A stretch of 64,000 nucleotides of DNA from NCBI GenBank assembly GCA_963777505.1, contig CAVZQN010000006.1:224001-288000 (forward strand). Reading direction: 5' to 3'. The notes beneath the pieces are model-generated. The model had not been told where the DNA came from, ran no database searches, and worked only from the letters and a program-made list of their open reading frames with translations. The position numbers were made by a program, and so were the translations under genes. This document shows, piece by piece, positions 51,476-62,641 of the stretch (its first letter is position 1; each line of letters starts with the position of its first letter). The stretch is from an uncultured bacterium. Its GTDB lineage: Bacteria; Acidobacteriota; HRBIN11; JAKEFK01.

Positions 51476-51621
51476 GTAGAATTACAGAATAAGACTCATC
51501 CGGGAAGCAACTCTCGCACGTAACACTATAGAGGTGGCTTCCTGCGGTAGCAATGCCCTGAGACTGTTTTCGGACAGTTTCTCCTAACGCATTCCTGCCG
51601 TTCAGAGTTAATTTATGTCTT

Positions 51622-53241
51622 ATGGATGCGTATTACGATGATCTAATTGAATATGTTCTTGAAGAACTTCCGGAGGACCGTTATCTTCAACTTCGCACAC
51701 ATCTAGATTCAGGATGCGTCGAGTGTAATAAGGAAGTTCGGCAGCTTCAAGAAGCATTCCATTTTCTACCTGGCGCTCTTCCTGCCTATAAGATGAAGGC
51801 AGAACTGAAGACAAAATTACTGGATGCAATCAATTCAGAAAGTGTTCAGGGAGTTGGTTTGCAATCCAGAATGCAGCATTCTTTAAAAGTTGCAACTGAT
51901 TTGCGAGTTGTTCGCACAACGGAAACGATGGATTCAGAAAAACCATTTGAACAATCTTCAATTCGTAACATCCGGATAGCGGTTTTGTATTTTGAAAATC
52001 TGAGTGAGGAAAAAGAAAACGATTATTTTCGTGCTGGTATGACTGAAGACATTATTACAGAACTGTCTAAAGTGCGCGCTTGGGAAGTTCGGCCTCGAAC
52101 TCAGGTTGTTCAGTTTAAGGATCAGTCGATTGACATCCGTAATATTGGCCAAGATCTCGGAGTGACGCATGTTCTTCATGGAAGTATCCGTAAGTCAGGG
52201 AATAGGCTGCGGATTTCGTCACATCTTGTCGACGCATCGAGCGCATCTTCAGTTTGGAGCGAACGCTACGATAGAGATTTAAGCGATGTTTTTGAAATAC
52301 AAGCTGAAATTGCTCAGAAAATTGCGGCCGCTTTAAAGGTGCATCTTACTCAAGCAGAACAAAAACAAATTCAAACGCCACAGACTAAAAGCTTGCAAGC
52401 ATATGATCAATATCTTCGTGGCCGCGAAAGCATCTTTCTGCTTACCCGCGAAGGCATCGATACCGCGATTACATATTTTGATAATGCAATAAGAATCGAT
52501 GCGCGGTACGCGATGGCTTATGCAGGTTTGGCCCAGGCTTATGCATTAAAGCTCAGTTTTTTTGGAGGCTCTGAAGAACTTGCCGACCGTGCGATTGAAA
52601 GCGCGAAACGAGCTTTAAATCTGGATCCTGATCAAGCCCAGGCTGAAGCCGCGCTGGGCCTTTCCTATTTATTAAAACGCATGAGTGCCGAAGCCACTGA
52701 AGCCTGCAAACGCGCAATCGAACTGAATCCGTTGGACTCGCTTGCACAATGGATTTCAGGAAGGCTTTTTTACCGTTTGAATCAATATGAAGAAGCCATC
52801 GAACGATTTCAAAAAACTGTTGAACTTGTTCCCGATTTCTATACGGCCTATTCCGATTTAGCTCAAGCTTATGAAAACCTTGGTAATAAGGAATCCGCAC
52901 AGGAAATGCGAAAGAGAACTATTGAAGCCTGCAAAAGTTATTTGAAAACGGATCCAAATGAAGCGCGTGCTCATATATTTCTGGCCACAGCAAGCGCATG
53001 GCTTGGAGATAAAGAGTCAGCATTAAAAGCAGGAAAGAATGCGGAGGAATTAAGTCCGGATGATCCGGTAATGATGTACAATCTTGCCTGCCTTTATAGC
53101 CTTCTCAATGAGGGCGATCTTGCGGTTGAATGGCTAAAAAAATCGGTACAGCACGGCAGAAGAGATTTTGAGTGGATGAAGCGTGATCCTGCTTTAATGA
53201 ATATCCGCAATCATCCCGTTTATCTTGAATTGATTCAGTAG
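51622..53241 (+). CDS. Zinc-finger anti-sigma-like N-terminus + TolB-like domain + TPR protein
   Basis: HLDSGCVEC; IAVLYFENLS...YFRAGMTEDIITEL; WSERYDR; multiple TPRs. Confidence 0.75.
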   Translation: MDAYYDDLIEYVLEELPEDRYLQLRTHLDSGCVECNKEVRQLQEAFHFLPGALPAYKMKAELKTKLLDAINSESVQGVGLQSRMQHSLKVATDLRVVRTTETMDSEKPFEQSSIRNIRIAVLYFENLSEEKENDYFRAGMTEDIITELSKVRAWEVRPRTQVVQFKDQSIDIRNIGQDLGVTHVLHGSIRKSGNRLRISSHLVDASSASSVWSERYDRDLSDVFEIQAEIAQKIAAALKVHLTQAEQKQIQTPQTKSLQAYDQYLRGRESIFLLTREGIDTAITYFDNAIRIDARYAMAYAGLAQAYALKLSFFGGSEELADRAIESAKRALNLDPDQAQAEAALGLSYLLKRMSAEATEACKRAIELNPLDSLAQWISGRLFYRLNQYEEAIERFQKTVELVPDFYTAYSDLAQAYENLGNKESAQEMRKRTIEACKSYLKTDPNEARAHIFLATASAWLGDKESALKAGKNAEELSPDDPVMMYNLACLYSLLNEGDLAVEWLKKSVQHGRRDFEWMKRDPALMNIRNHPVYLELIQ

Positions 53242-53309
53242 GGGCGGGCCTTAGACCCGCCCGCGATAAACAAGATAGAAAAACGGGCAGGTTTAAGACC
53301 CGCCCCTAC
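53238..53309. repeat. GTAG-type REP inverted doublet (REPIN-like)
   Basis: GTAGGGGCGGGCCTTAGACCCGCCCG ... CGGGCAGGTTTAAGACCCGCCCCTAC. Confidence 0.75.
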
Positions 53310-53332
53310 CGACTTGTGGTTAAATAATACAT

Positions 53333-54712
53333 ATGTACTTCAAACAATTTTATCTTGGTTGTCTTGCACATGCTTCCTACTTAATTGGTGATGAAGGACA
53401 AGCCGTTGTTGTGGATCCTCAAAGAGATGTAGATGAATATATTGAGGAAGCGTCAAAACAAGGTTTGAAAATTTCACATGTAATTGAAACGCACTTACAT
53501 GCAGATTTTGTTTCCGGACATCGCGAATTGGCCAAGCGAACGGGAGCCCAAATTTACTTTGGTGCGCGAGCAAATGCTGAATTCGAACACATCGCAGTGA
53601 AAGAAGGTGATGAAGTGCGGATCGGCAAAGTTGTGCTTCGATTTCTTGAAACTCCAGGACATACTCCGGAATCTATTTCAATACTTGTAATCGATGAAAA
53701 TGAATCGAAAGATCCGGCCGCCGTATTAACAGGAGATACACTCTTTATTGGAGATGTAGGTAGACCCGATTTGCTGGGTGCGCGCATGAGCGCTGCTGAA
53801 TTAGCGGGCATGCTTTATGATTCATTGCACAACAAACTTTTGAAATTGCCAGACTCAGTGAAAGTGTTTCCTGCTCATGGCGCTGGTTCGATGTGCGGTC
53901 GAAATATTTCAAGTGAGCGGAGTTCAACAATCGGCGAACAGCGGAAAGTGAACTATGCGCTTCAACCGATGGCGCGTGATGAATTCATCCGCATTATGAC
54001 AACCGATTTACCCGAGGCTCCAGCATACTTCAGTGAAGATGTGCAGTTGAATCGTAAAGGTCCAGCAATCCTGGAAGAACTTCCGCCGGTTGAAGCGCTT
54101 TCACCACAGCAAGTTAATGAAAAGCGAAATGAATGTTTAATTTTAGATACACGCCCTTCTGATCAGTTCGGTGTCGGTCATATTCCCGGATCGCTGAACA
54201 TTGGTTTAGGTGGACAATTTGCAACATGGGCTGGAACTCTGATTCCAATTAATACTCCATTTATTATTGTTGCGGAAACGGAGGAGCATGTTAAAGAAAG
54301 CAGGATCCGTTTAGCGCGAGTCGGACATGAAAATGTGATCGGCTATCTGGCTGGTGGAATTTTAGCGTGGTATCAAGCTGGATTTCCAATTGCAAGCACC
54401 GAACAAATCACGGTTCAGGAATTACAGCAAAGAATTGCAGAAGGTTCGGTGGATCAAGTGGTTGATGTTAGACGAGTGGGAGAATGGAATTCAGGTCACA
54501 TTTCAAAAGCGACTCATATTCCATTGAATACCCTGGCCAAGGAAGTTGTATCCAAATTGGATCCTGACAAAAAAACAGTCGCAATCTGCGCAGGTGGATA
54601 CCGTTCGTCAATGGCAACCAGTATTCTCGAGCAGCTCGGATATACCCGCATCTCGAACGTCATTGGCGGTATGAATGCATGGAGCACCTCCAAGCTGGAA
54701 GTGGTAAACTAA
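53333..54712 (+). CDS. MBL-fold hydrolase with rhodanese domains (persulfide dioxygenase/sulfurtransferase-like)
   Basis: ETHLHADFVSG, TPGHTPES, GDTLFIGDVGRPDL, C-terminal CAGGYRS. Confidence 0.9.
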   Translation: MYFKQFYLGCLAHASYLIGDEGQAVVVDPQRDVDEYIEEASKQGLKISHVIETHLHADFVSGHRELAKRTGAQIYFGARANAEFEHIAVKEGDEVRIGKVVLRFLETPGHTPESISILVIDENESKDPAAVLTGDTLFIGDVGRPDLLGARMSAAELAGMLYDSLHNKLLKLPDSVKVFPAHGAGSMCGRNISSERSSTIGEQRKVNYALQPMARDEFIRIMTTDLPEAPAYFSEDVQLNRKGPAILEELPPVEALSPQQVNEKRNECLILDTRPSDQFGVGHIPGSLNIGLGGQFATWAGTLIPINTPFIIVAETEEHVKESRIRLARVGHENVIGYLAGGILAWYQAGFPIASTEQITVQELQQRIAEGSVDQVVDVRRVGEWNSGHISKATHIPLNTLAKEVVSKLDPDKKTVAICAGGYRSSMATSILEQLGYTRISNVIGGMNAWSTSKLEVVN

Positions 54713-54739
54713 CCATCTCCCCCTTAAATTAAGACATTC

Positions 54740-56845
54740 ATGAATCAAAAGGATTCCGAGTCGAGCTCCGGTTCTGCAACCTCGACAAACAATAGTTCTG
54801 AAGAAACTTCCGAAGTTCCCTCTTCTACGAATTCTGCAAAAGGTGTATCCGAATCAATACCGGCAAAGGCAGCATCGGAGACAAACAAGACTCCTGAAGA
54901 TAGTTCGGCAAAGAATGCAACTCCTGCCGATGTTATTTCTCAGACAGTAGCTGACGTTGTTCCGTCCGAACACGACAAGGAGCCTCACGGAAAATATTTA
55001 GCATTTCTTTGTTTAGGAGCGCTTGGTGTTGTTTATGGTGATATAGGCACAAGTCCTTTGTACGCACTGCGTGAATGCTTTCATGGGCCGCATGCAGTAG
55101 CCCCAACAATAGCAAACACATTGGGAGTTTTGTCGCTCATTACATGGTCTCTCATTATCGTGATTTCGATTAAGTATCTTGTATATGTAATGCGAGCCGA
55201 TAACAAAGGTGAAGGCGGGATTCTAGCACTGATGGCATTAGTTCGGCCTGAACGGAGTCATCCAATGAAGCGCTGGATTCTAACCGCGATCGGGTTGTTT
55301 GGAGCTGCGCTTTTATACGGTGATGGAATTATTACTCCGGCGATTACAGTGCTCAGTGCGGTAGAAGGTCTCGCTATTGCGACACCTTTCTTCAAAGATA
55401 AAGTCATTTACATCACATGCTTTGTACTGGTTGTACTTTTTTGGCTTCAGAAACATGGAAGCGCCAGAGTAGGTTCTTTCTTTGGGCCACTAATGATGGT
55501 CTGGTTCGGTTCTTTGATCTTTCTTGGGATTTATCAGATTTCAAGAAACCCTGGTGTTTTTGTTGCATTAAATCCCGTCTACGGCTACCAGTTTTTTTTG
55601 CAAAATGGCTGGCATGGATTTCTGGTGCTTGGTACAGTCTTTCTTGTTGTTACAGGAGGCGAAGCATTATATGCCGATATGGGCCATTTCGGCAGAAAAC
55701 CGATACGGATTGCTTGGTTTTCGCTTGTCATGCCAGCACTACTGTTGAACTATTTCGGACAGGGTGCGTTATTGATTGAAAATCCTTCAGCCGCACCAAA
55801 TCCTTTTTATTTAATGCCACCTGCTTGGGCATTGTTGCCCATGGTTGTTCTTGCAACCCTTGCAAGCTGTATTGCGTCTCAGGCAGTTATAACTGGCGCA
55901 TTTTCATTGACAAGACAAGCTGTTCAACTTGGTTATTCCCCGCGCGTACAAATCCGGCATACTTCGGCTAAAGAGATTGGCCAGATTTACATTCCTGGAG
56001 TTAATTGGGCATTAATGATTGCAACTATATGGCTTGTTTTAGAATTCAAAACTTCCAGTGATCTTGCAGGTGCATATGGAGTTGCTGTAACAACTACAAT
56101 GGTTCTGACCACAGTTTTGCTTTATTTTGTCGAACGCTATGTTTGGAAATGGAAAGTTCTACCTTCATTACTATTGACCTCAGGCTTTCTGGTTATTGAT
56201 TTAGCATTTTTTGGCGCGAATATTATCAAATTTTTCGCAGGAGGTTGGTTCCCTCTTGCAGTAGGTGCATTGATTTTTACAATCATGACAACATGGCGCC
56301 GCGGCCGGATGATTTTAAATCAACGACTCAGTGAAATCGCACTTCCAGATCATTTGTTTATCGATAGTTTGAAAGCTGAAAAACCGTCGCGTGTTGCAGG
56401 CACAGCGGTGTTTATGGATCGAACACCCGATGCAACCCCGCATGCACTTCTTCACAACATTAAGCACAACAAAGTTTTGCACGAGCAGGTAATCCTTTTA
56501 ACAATTGTGACTGAGGATGCACCTCATGTTAAAGAAGAGAAACGAGTAAAAATTGTTCCGCGAGGGGAACGGATCTTTAGAATGGTGATTAAGTTTGGAT
56601 TTATGGAAGATCCTGATGTTTCCAGGGTGCTAAGAAACGTTGAACTCGATGGGAAGAAATTAGTTCCGCAACATATGTCGTTTTTCTTAGGACGTGAAAA
56701 ATTGATCGCCACTGATCGACCAGGAATGGCGGTCTGGCGGGAAAAATTGTTTGCATGGATGTCGCAAAACGCGACCGGTGCTGCGTACTTCTTTAATCTC
56801 CCACCCGATCGAATCGTGGAACTCGGCGCATCAATCGAACTCTAA
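54740..56845 (+). CDS. kup: Potassium uptake protein Kup
   Basis: GVVYGDIGTSPLY, DNKGEGGILAL, TGGEALYADMGHFG. Confidence 0.95.
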   Translation: MNQKDSESSSGSATSTNNSSEETSEVPSSTNSAKGVSESIPAKAASETNKTPEDSSAKNATPADVISQTVADVVPSEHDKEPHGKYLAFLCLGALGVVYGDIGTSPLYALRECFHGPHAVAPTIANTLGVLSLITWSLIIVISIKYLVYVMRADNKGEGGILALMALVRPERSHPMKRWILTAIGLFGAALLYGDGIITPAITVLSAVEGLAIATPFFKDKVIYITCFVLVVLFWLQKHGSARVGSFFGPLMMVWFGSLIFLGIYQISRNPGVFVALNPVYGYQFFLQNGWHGFLVLGTVFLVVTGGEALYADMGHFGRKPIRIAWFSLVMPALLLNYFGQGALLIENPSAAPNPFYLMPPAWALLPMVVLATLASCIASQAVITGAFSLTRQAVQLGYSPRVQIRHTSAKEIGQIYIPGVNWALMIATIWLVLEFKTSSDLAGAYGVAVTTTMVLTTVLLYFVERYVWKWKVLPSLLLTSGFLVIDLAFFGANIIKFFAGGWFPLAVGALIFTIMTTWRRGRMILNQRLSEIALPDHLFIDSLKAEKPSRVAGTAVFMDRTPDATPHALLHNIKHNKVLHEQVILLTIVTEDAPHVKEEKRVKIVPRGERIFRMVIKFGFMEDPDVSRVLRNVELDGKKLVPQHMSFFLGREKLIATDRPGMAVWREKLFAWMSQNATGAAYFFNLPPDRIVELGASIEL

Positions 56846-56862
56846 CCGCTGAGGCGCAAATT

Positions 56863-59688
56863 TTACTTCGCTAATTGGCGCAAGACGTATTGGAGAATTC
56901 CGCCGTGCTGGTAGTAGTCAATCTCAATTGGAGTATCAATCCGGAGGGTCACTGCAATGCGGTCAGTTTGCCCAGTCTTTCGATAGATCACAAGTGTTAA
57001 ATCTTGTTGCGGTTTGATTTCTTTTCCCAACCCTTCGAGAGCATAAATTTCTGATCCATCCAATTGCAATGTTGTTGGACTCACTCCTTCTTTAAACTGA
57101 CATGGAAGGACTCCCATTCCAACAAGATTACTGCGATGAATTCTTTCAAAGCTCGCTGCAACAACTACGTTAACACCAAGAAGTCGCGTTCCTTTTGCAG
57201 CCCAATCCCGTGAGCTACCGGTACCGTATTCCTGACCGGCGAAAATCATCAAAGGTGCATTCGACTCTTTATAACGCATCGCTGCATCGTAGATTGTCAT
57301 TACTTCACCGCTTGGATAATGAACGGTATATCCGCCTTCTTTGCCGGGCACCATAAGATTTCTGATGCGCACATTTGCAAAAGTACCACGAGTCATCACG
57401 CGATCATTGCCGCGTCTTGATCCATAGCTATTGAAATCATTTTTGCTGACGCCATTTTCAATCAAGTATTTTCCTGCTGGAGAATCTTCTTTGATTGAAC
57501 CCGCAGGACTGATGTGATCGGTGGTTACTGAATCACCAAAAATAGCCAGAGGTCTTGCACCCTTAATCTCTGAAATTTGACCTGTTGCCATTGTAAAGTC
57601 TTCAAAGAATGGAGGTTCTTGAATGTAGGTTGAGTTCGGATCCCAGTTGTAAACGACTCCTTTGCTTGTTGGAATATCATTCCACATAGGATTTTGTTCT
57701 GCGAAGCTGCTGTAAAGTCTCCGATAGGTTTCAGGATCCATCGCATGCTTCATGCATTCATTGACTTCTTCCACCGTTGGCCAAATGTCACGAAGGAATA
57801 CAGCGTTTCCATTTTTTCCGGTACCGAGCGGTTCAGAAGTCATATCAATAGGAACGCGCCCTGCAAGGGCGAACGCTACAACAAGTGGCGGGCTCATCAG
57901 AAAATTCGCTTTGATACTTTGATGAACGCGTGCTTCAAAATTACGATTTCCACTTAGAACACTTGCTCCGATTAAATCTTTTGTCGTAACCACTTCTTCA
58001 ATCTGAGGATCGAGTGGTCCGGAATTTCCGATACAAGTAGTACATCCGTAACCAACAAGGTTGAAACCCAGTTCATCTAAATATGGTTGAAGTGCTGTTT
58101 TGGCCAAATAATCGGTGACGACGCGTGAACCTGGTGCAAGCGAAGTTTTTACTGCAGAATTTACAGTTAAACCCTGCTCGACTGCTTTTTTCGCGAGTAA
58201 TCCTGCAGCAATCATGACACTGGGATTCGAGGTATTCGTGCAAGAAGTGATCGCTGCAATCAAAACACTACCATGACCGATCTCAGCAATGCCCTCAGGA
58301 AACGAGCCTTTACGAACACGATCGGGTGTCGGCCGATTGTTAATCATTTCGGTTTCAGTCCACAGACTTGTATCTTTCGATTTTCCGTCCGGTGGAAGAA
58401 CCTGTTGATCCCCTCCGCCTTTCGCAACTGGATGATCGCCTGTCTTTACAAGAAATCTGTCATCCAAATTGCTTTTGTTATATCCGTTTTCAGCAACGGG
58501 TTTTTGCAGCAGATCTGTGAATTTCTGTTTGAGCTCTGAAAGTGTGATGCGATCTTGCGGACGTTTAGGTCCTGCAACACTCGCTTCAACATCATTAAGA
58601 TCCAGTGTCAGTACTGTGGAATAGTCACATTCTCCGGAGCGCGGAATTCCAAACATATTTTGTGCTTTGAAGTAGTTCCGCATCGTATCCACAAGTTCTT
58701 TGGAGCGTCCGGTTGCAAGCATGTATTTACATGTTTCTTCATCGATAGGAAAGTAGCCCATCGTTGCTCCATATTCAGGAGCCATATTTGCAATCGTGGC
58801 ACGATCTGTTAGAGCGAGTGATGCAGCGCCTTCTCCATAAAATTCGACGAATTTTCCTACAACCTTTGCTTTTCTTAGCATCTCTGTTACATGCAGCACC
58901 AGATCAGTCGCTGTGATTCCTTCCTTCAGGCGGCCACTCATATCAACACCAACTACATCCGGAGTTAAGAAATAAACCGGTTGTCCAAGCATCCCTGCTT
59001 CAGCTTCAATACCTCCAACTCCCCAGCCAACAATTCCAAGACCATTAATCATGGTTGTATGTGAATCGGTTCCAACAAGTGTGTCCGGATAATACGTTCC
59101 ATCTTTTTCCAGTACACCTTTTGCGAGAAATTCAAGATTCACTTGATGAACGATTCCAATGCCCGGAGGTACAACACCAAATCCGCGGAAAGCCTGTGTT
59201 CCCCATTTTAGAAATTCATATCTTGAACGATTTCGATGAAATTCCATCTCCATATTTTTCTTAAATGCTTCCGCAAATCCTGCAAAATCTACCTGCACTG
59301 AATGATCAATAACAAGATCTACCGGCACCAAAGGTTCAATAATCGCTGGATTTTTTCCCATCCGGCCAACTGCTGATCTCATTGCTGCGAGATCTACAAG
59401 CAGTGGGACTCCTGTAAAATCCTGGAGAACAATTCTGGCAACTACAAAAGGAATTTCGTCCGTTCGAATCGCATTAGGCTTCCACCTCGCAAGTGCCATC
59501 ACATCGTCTTCTTTAATTTTTTTACCGTCGAAATTGCGAAGCACTGACTCCAAAACAATTCGAATACTCACCGGAAGTCTCGATATTTCGCCGCTTACTT
59601 TCTGTAACTGAGGTAATGAATAGAATTGTGCTTTTTTGCCAAAACCTGTATCAAAACTTTGATATGTATCGAAGAGAGAATGCGGCAT
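56863..59688 (-). CDS. acnA: Aconitate hydratase A
   Basis: [46 protein letters not shown]. Confidence 0.96.
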   Translation of the reverse strand: MPHSLFDTYQSFDTGFGKKAQFYSLPQLQKVSGEISRLPVSIRIVLESVLRNFDGKKIKEDDVMALARWKPNAIRTDEIPFVVARIVLQDFTGVPLLVDLAAMRSAVGRMGKNPAIIEPLVPVDLVIDHSVQVDFAGFAEAFKKNMEMEFHRNRSRYEFLKWGTQAFRGFGVVPPGIGIVHQVNLEFLAKGVLEKDGTYYPDTLVGTDSHTTMINGLGIVGWGVGGIEAEAGMLGQPVYFLTPDVVGVDMSGRLKEGITATDLVLHVTEMLRKAKVVGKFVEFYGEGAASLALTDRATIANMAPEYGATMGYFPIDEETCKYMLATGRSKELVDTMRNYFKAQNMFGIPRSGECDYSTVLTLDLNDVEASVAGPKRPQDRITLSELKQKFTDLLQKPVAENGYNKSNLDDRFLVKTGDHPVAKGGGDQQVLPPDGKSKDTSLWTETEMINNRPTPDRVRKGSFPEGIAEIGHGSVLIAAITSCTNTSNPSVMIAAGLLAKKAVEQGLTVNSAVKTSLAPGSRVVTDYLAKTALQPYLDELGFNLVGYGCTTCIGNSGPLDPQIEEVVTTKDLIGASVLSGNRNFEARVHQSIKANFLMSPPLVVAFALAGRVPIDMTSEPLGTGKNGNAVFLRDIWPTVEEVNECMKHAMDPETYRRLYSSFAEQNPMWNDIPTSKGVVYNWDPNSTYIQEPPFFEDFTMATGQISEIKGARPLAIFGDSVTTDHISPAGSIKEDSPAGKYLIENGVSKNDFNSYGSRRGNDRVMTRGTFANVRIRNLMVPGKEGGYTVHYPSGEVMTIYDAAMRYKESNAPLMIFAGQEYGTGSSRDWAAKGTRLLGVNVVVAASFERIHRSNLVGMGVLPCQFKEGVSPTTLQLDGSEIYALEGLGKEIKPQQDLTLVIYRKTGQTDRIAVTLRIDTPIEIDYYQHGGILQYVLRQLAK

Positions 59689-59731
59689 TTTCTGAACTCC
59701 TTTTATAAATTATAAACCGCAGAGAGGCTAA

Positions 59732-60445
59732 GTGAATACAATAGAGACCCAAAGGAAGGTTGTCATCACGCGAGTCTCTGTAATCATCCCCGTATTGAAC
59801 GAAGAGAAATCGATTGCCGCCGTTATCAACGACATTCCTCCTGATTTAGCCAATGAAATTATCGTTGTTGACAATGGATCGACCGATGGAACTGCCGAGC
59901 TTGCGTCAAATTTGGGATGCAAGGTTTTGCATGAACCCAGGCGTGGATATGGCTTTGCATGTCTGAAAGGGATCGAAGCCCTGAATCAGCCTGACATTGT
60001 TGTATTTTTAGATGGTGATTACAGTGACTTTCCATCCGAAATGGTTCAACTGACGGATCCCATTAATCAGGATCGGGCTGATCTTGTGATAGGGTCACGA
60101 ACGCTCGGTAATTCGGACAAACATGCGCATCCACCTCATGCAAGATTTGGAAACTGGCTGGCTACATCAATGATCAGAGTTTTTTTCAACCATCGATATA
60201 CAGATCTTGGCCCGTTTCGAGCGATCCGATATCCTTCATTACAATTGCTGAACATGGAGGATAAAACCTGGGGTTGGACTGTTGAAATGCAAATCAAAGC
60301 GCTTCAAAAAGGTCTCAGGGTCATCGAAGTTCCGGTTTCGTATCGCCGGAGAATCGGAAAATCTAAAATCAGCGGTACAATTTCAGGCTCAATTAAGGCA
60401 GGAGCTAAAATCATCTCGACGATCCTTAAATACTCGATTCATTGA
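59732..60445 (+). CDS. Glycosyltransferase family 2
   Basis: VIIPVLNEE, VVDNGSTD, FLDGD, DLGPFRAIR. Confidence 0.9.
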   Translation: MNTIETQRKVVITRVSVIIPVLNEEKSIAAVINDIPPDLANEIIVVDNGSTDGTAELASNLGCKVLHEPRRGYGFACLKGIEALNQPDIVVFLDGDYSDFPSEMVQLTDPINQDRADLVIGSRTLGNSDKHAHPPHARFGNWLATSMIRVFFNHRYTDLGPFRAIRYPSLQLLNMEDKTWGWTVEMQIKALQKGLRVIEVPVSYRRRIGKSKISGTISGSIKAGAKIISTILKYSIH

Positions 60446-60572
60446 CGTGTCCTTGCTACGGACGTTCCTTATAGTTTATTATCCTCAAGTCAGATACTGT
60501 CCGAAAACAGGGACTCCCTGCCAATTCGCCAGCATTACAAAGCGTTTTCATACATTCACCAGGAGGACTTAG

Positions 60573-60833
60573 ATGTCAGATGTTGTTATTAAAGTGCTTA
60601 AAAATGGACCCCTTCGCATCGAAGGTAGGGTTCAAATGATTGATTGCAACGGCAATGTAATGGCTTTTGAAAAGGATAAGTTCTCATTGTGCCGTTGTGG
60701 ACATTCTTCGAAGAAGCCTTTTTGTGATGGTACCCATAACAAAGTTGGTTTTATTCATGAAGATTGTTTTGTCCCAGAACCTACTCCTCCAGCACCAGTG
60801 CCAACACCAATAGCGCCCCCTAAATCAGAATGA
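60573..60833 (+). CDS. CDGSH iron-sulfur domain protein
   Basis: NGPL; [17 protein letters not shown]; RBS AGGAGG. Confidence 0.92.
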   Translation: MSDVVIKVLKNGPLRIEGRVQMIDCNGNVMAFEKDKFSLCRCGHSSKKPFCDGTHNKVGFIHEDCFVPEPTPPAPVPTPIAPPKSE

Positions 60834-62636
60834 CTGAACGTATGAAAGTTCGTGAAGATATTCGTAATCTAGCGATCATCGCGCACGTAGATCACGGAAA
60901 AACTACGCTTGTAGATGCCATGCTCTGGCAAAGCGGCATCTTTCGTTCGAATCAAAAAGTAAATGAACGCGTAATGGACAATATTGACCTTGAGCGCGAA
61001 AAGGGCATCACCATTATGGCCAAGAATTTGGCTGTATGGTTCAACAGTGTAAAGCTCAACATTGTAGACACTCCAGGCCATGCTGATTTCGGCGGTGAAG
61101 TTGAACGAACTCTCAACATGGTTGATGGTGTCATGCTTCTTGTTGACGCCTCCGAAGGTCCGCTTCCACAAACACGTTTCGTTCTGAAGAAAGCTTTGGA
61201 AATGAATCTCCCTGCAATCGTTGTTATTAACAAGATTGATCGGAATGATGCTCGCATTCCCGAAGTTCGAAACGAAATTTACGATCTGTTTATTGATCTT
61301 GATGCGAATGAACAGCAAATCGAATTTCCAATTTTGTATACAAATGCCCGGGCAGGTCTAGCAAAATTGAAAATGGAAGAGGAATCACGCAGCTTAATTC
61401 CGTTATTTGAAACAATTCTGAAAACAATTCCAGCTCCGACCCACAATTCGGCTCAGGAGCTTCAATTACTTGTTACGAATGTTGATTACGACGAATATGT
61501 TGGACGTCTTGCGATTGGCCGCATTGTAAATGGCACAATCCGCGCTGGAGAAAATGTCACCGCATGTAAGCTGGATGGAAGTTTTGAAAATTTCAAAGTG
61601 ACGAAGCTGCATGTTTTTGATGGACTTCAACTTGCTCAGGCTGAAGAAGCCTCCGCAGGCGATATTGTTGCAGTTGCAGGAAATGAAAATTTTACAATCG
61701 GTGAAACGATCGCTTTTGCAGCCAACCCAAAAGCGCTGCCTGCTTTTCAAGTTGATGAACCCACGATTTCGATGAATTTTTCCGCAAACATTTCACCATT
61801 TTCCGGACGTGAAGGAAAATACGTTACAGCCCGTCATCTAAAAGAACGACTCGAACGGGAATTGTTAAAGAATGTAAGTCTGAGAATGGAAGTCATTGAA
61901 GGCGCAACTGAAACGTTTCGTGTAATGGGTCGTGGAGAGCTTGCAAATGGCAATCCTAATCGAAATGATGCGCCGTGAAGATTACGAATTTGAAGTTTCA
62001 AAACCTGAAATCATTACCAAAACTGAAGATGGAATTCTATTGGAGCCTGTGGAACGATTGATTATTGATTGTCCTGAAGAATTCATTGGAGTTTCCACAC
62101 AGAAAGTCGGAATGCGCCGCGGAAAATTATTAAACATGGTGAATCACGGCAAGGGACGCGTTCGTCTTGAATTCAGAATTCCAACACGTGGTTTAATCGG
62201 TTTCAGATCAGAATTTCTGACGGATACGCGCGGTACAGGAATTATGAACCATTTATTCGAAGAATATGAACCCTGGTCGGGGGATATTACAACCCGATCG
62301 AATGGTGTACTCGTTTCGGATCGAGATGGCCGTGTGACGGCGTATGCATTAAACAATCTTCAGGATCGCGGTGATCTGTTTGTGAAGCCGGGTCAGGATG
62401 TCTATCGCGGTCAAATTTGTGGAAAGAACTCCCGTTCTGCTGATCTTTATGTGAACGTGACAAAAGAAAAAAAGCTGACTAATATGAGGGCTTCCACTTC
62501 CGATGATGCAATCCGGTTGATCCCATATCAAGAAATGGGATTGGAAAAGGGCCTGGAGTTCATTAACCTAGATGAACTTGTAGAAATTACGCCCGATTCA
62601 ATCAGGATGAGGAAGAAAAATATCGTTCGATCATAA
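60830..62636 (+). CDS. typA: Translational GTPase TypA/BipA (apparent frameshift near 61940)
   Basis: [31 protein letters not shown]|[14 protein letters not shown]. Confidence 0.93.
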
Positions 62637-62641
62637 GCGGC

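Noticed and set aside
61930-61980. Programmed frameshifting in typA (also uvrA and the ABC ATPase)
   Set aside because: No slippery heptamer or stimulatory structure is evident, and window-wide indels point to sequencing error.
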